Shown: positions 62,289 to 64,000 of the stretch, one piece after another | Layout: each line of letters starts with the position of its first letter | How positions within the stretch are numbered: the first letter of the stretch is position 1 | DNA from: Azolla caroliniana | Lineage: Eukaryota > Plantae > Polypodiophyta | Assembly: GCA_043228905.1 (NCBI GenBank) | Contig: JBHGNT010000011.1 | Location: forward strand, 14,012,001 to 14,076,000 | Length of the DNA stretch: 64,000 bases | Direction: 5' to 3' | The notes under the pieces: generated by a model | What the model saw: only the letters and a program-made list of their open reading frames with translations | Database searches by the model: none | Told to the model about the DNA's origin: nothing | Made by a program: the position numbers and the translations under genes

Positions 62289-64000
62289 TGTCGAGGTATT
62301 CCTCGCGGATGCGTGGAATGAGGCGGGACCTCGGGGGTCCTGTACCGAAGAGTAAGAGAGAGAGAGAGAGACCCACTACGTGCGAGCGTAGATTCACAGG
62401 GACACGGCCCTTCCACGCAAAGACGCGAGCGGGACAGCGACACAGAAAGACACGAAAGTATGTATGTATTGACAAGACAAACAACAAGAACACGAAGACA
62501 ACAAAACACGAAGTCGGTTACAACCGAACAGGCCGGCGAACAGATGCCGATACCTGCTCGTAAACGCACAAAGGGGGATGAGTAGGTTGGAGGTGCTGCC
62601 GGAAGCACTCGGGCATTCCTTAGAGCAGCGCGGGCCTCCCGAAACCTGCACAGAAAGAAGCTATGGCGTTTGCAACCAGAAAGAGAGAGAGAGAGAAGCC
62701 TTCGCACGCAAACCGACAGCAGTTCGTCCTCGACTCTCCGCGATCCCTCTACCCTCCTCGTCTCCCTCCTTTTATAGGCAAGGAAGGAGCCGTTTCCCCT
62801 TTACTCCCTACCTACCGAATCTACCTAGGATCTCCTATGTACAACTTAAGGCGCACGTGCATGAAGAGTCGGTTTCTACGCTCCGGTACACCGATTCCGC
62901 TTGTGGACGGTTTTCTTCACGACATCCGCCCCCACCTAACCGCGCATCCACCGGCATGCGCCAAATTGTGTTGGGACGGAGAAAACCGGTCCAGCCTTCA
63001 TTCCCCGCCCGTCGGTTCTTCCTCGGTTTCGGATCGATCGTCGTCCCGGTCCAGGTTAACCGGATCCGGCTCGTCGTCGTGACGCTTCTTGAACGCTTTG
63101 ATCCGTTTCCCAGCTACCGGTATCGCCACTCTCGTGCCGTCGAGTTCCGCCAGATGGTACGTCCCGTTGTCGTTGGCGCTTTGTACCACGTAAGGCCTGA
63201 ACCACCTCCTTGCGAACTTCCGCGTTGCTCGGTGCTGGTTGTCGAAGCTGCTGTCGTAGACTAGCACCCAGTCGCCTTCCTCGATCTTCTTCGGTCGGAG
63301 CCGGTGCGTCCAGTCGAACCGGGCTTTGTTCCTTGTCCTGGCCACCCGAAGCTTTTCCGCAGCCTGCTCCACGTCCTCCGGTCTCCGCTCGAGCTGTCGT
63401 ATGGGCGCCGTCAACAGTTCCTCCCGGCTCATCTCGTCTCTCCAGTCCATGGTTACCCATGAGGAGACCGTACGTTCGATCGGCATGATCGGCTTCTGCC
63501 CAAACATGAGCTCTGCCGGCATGAATCCGGTTACCGAAGTGTGCGTAGTCCGGTCAGCCCACAACGCGTAAGGCAGTAGCCGCGGCCAGTTCCCGACTTG
63601 ACCTCCGCATGCCCGAACTAACGCCTTGACGATCGGTCCGTGTCCGCGCTCCACCTTCCCATTTGCCTCTGGATTGTAAGCAGTGGTAAGCGAGAGCTTG
63701 ACCCCTAACCGGTCGAACAACTCCTCGGCCTCTTCGGCGTCCAACTCCCCGCGATCAGCCACGATCTTCCCGACGCACCCGTACCGGCATATTACGTCCT
63801 CAAGCAGGAACCGACATACGGCCGCAGTCGTTTTGTTCTGAAGGGCCCGGCCTTCCACCTGGTTCGTTAGATCTTCCCGAGCCAGGACCAGATACCGCAT
63901 CTGTCCTACTCCTATCGGCATCGTTACCAGGTCTACCATCCATTTGAAGTGGATGGTCGCAGGGTACGTAGGGTGAAGTTCGTCCCGGTGTCGGACTATG
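62289..64000 (-). mobile_element. Gypsy-4: 3' LTR and integrase (continues beyond window)
   Basis: LTR 62289-62924 (TGTCGAG...CACGACA) with PPT GGTGGGGGCGGA. ORF 62998-63939 is an integrase very similar to Gypsy-3. Confidence 0.93.

Overview
Land-plant nuclear DNA, probably a fern or other seed-free vascular plant (inferred from the TE lineages and gene style). It contains three intact protein-coding genes. One is a 6-exon Abitram/Simiate (FAM206A) gene (3996-6534, +) that needs a GC-AG intron and an AAG acceptor. The other two are convergent group-I (JAR1/GH3.10-like) GH3 acyl-acid amido synthetase paralogues (21484-23814 +, 29522-31840 -). The rest is transposon-derived: an L1-type LINE carrying a Copia solo LTR, RTE-like LINE relics, a hAT-type MITE, a five-copy tandem array of a LINE 3' end, a full-length Copia (44944-56593) with a nested Gypsy (48512-54971), and a three-level Gypsy nest from 56623 to the window end. 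The strongest signals are in this Gypsy lineage (tRNA-Trp PBS in both elements whose 5' end is visible). It shows a G-GAU-UUU slippery site plus an H-type pseudoknot joining gag-PR to RT-RH-INT, CGT at all four left insertion junctions (4-bp TSD where checkable), and a conserved hairpin before the PPT. The nested Gypsy and the LTRs of the Copia are also nearly free of CWG methylation sites. All coordinates and counts were read by eye; no searches were run.
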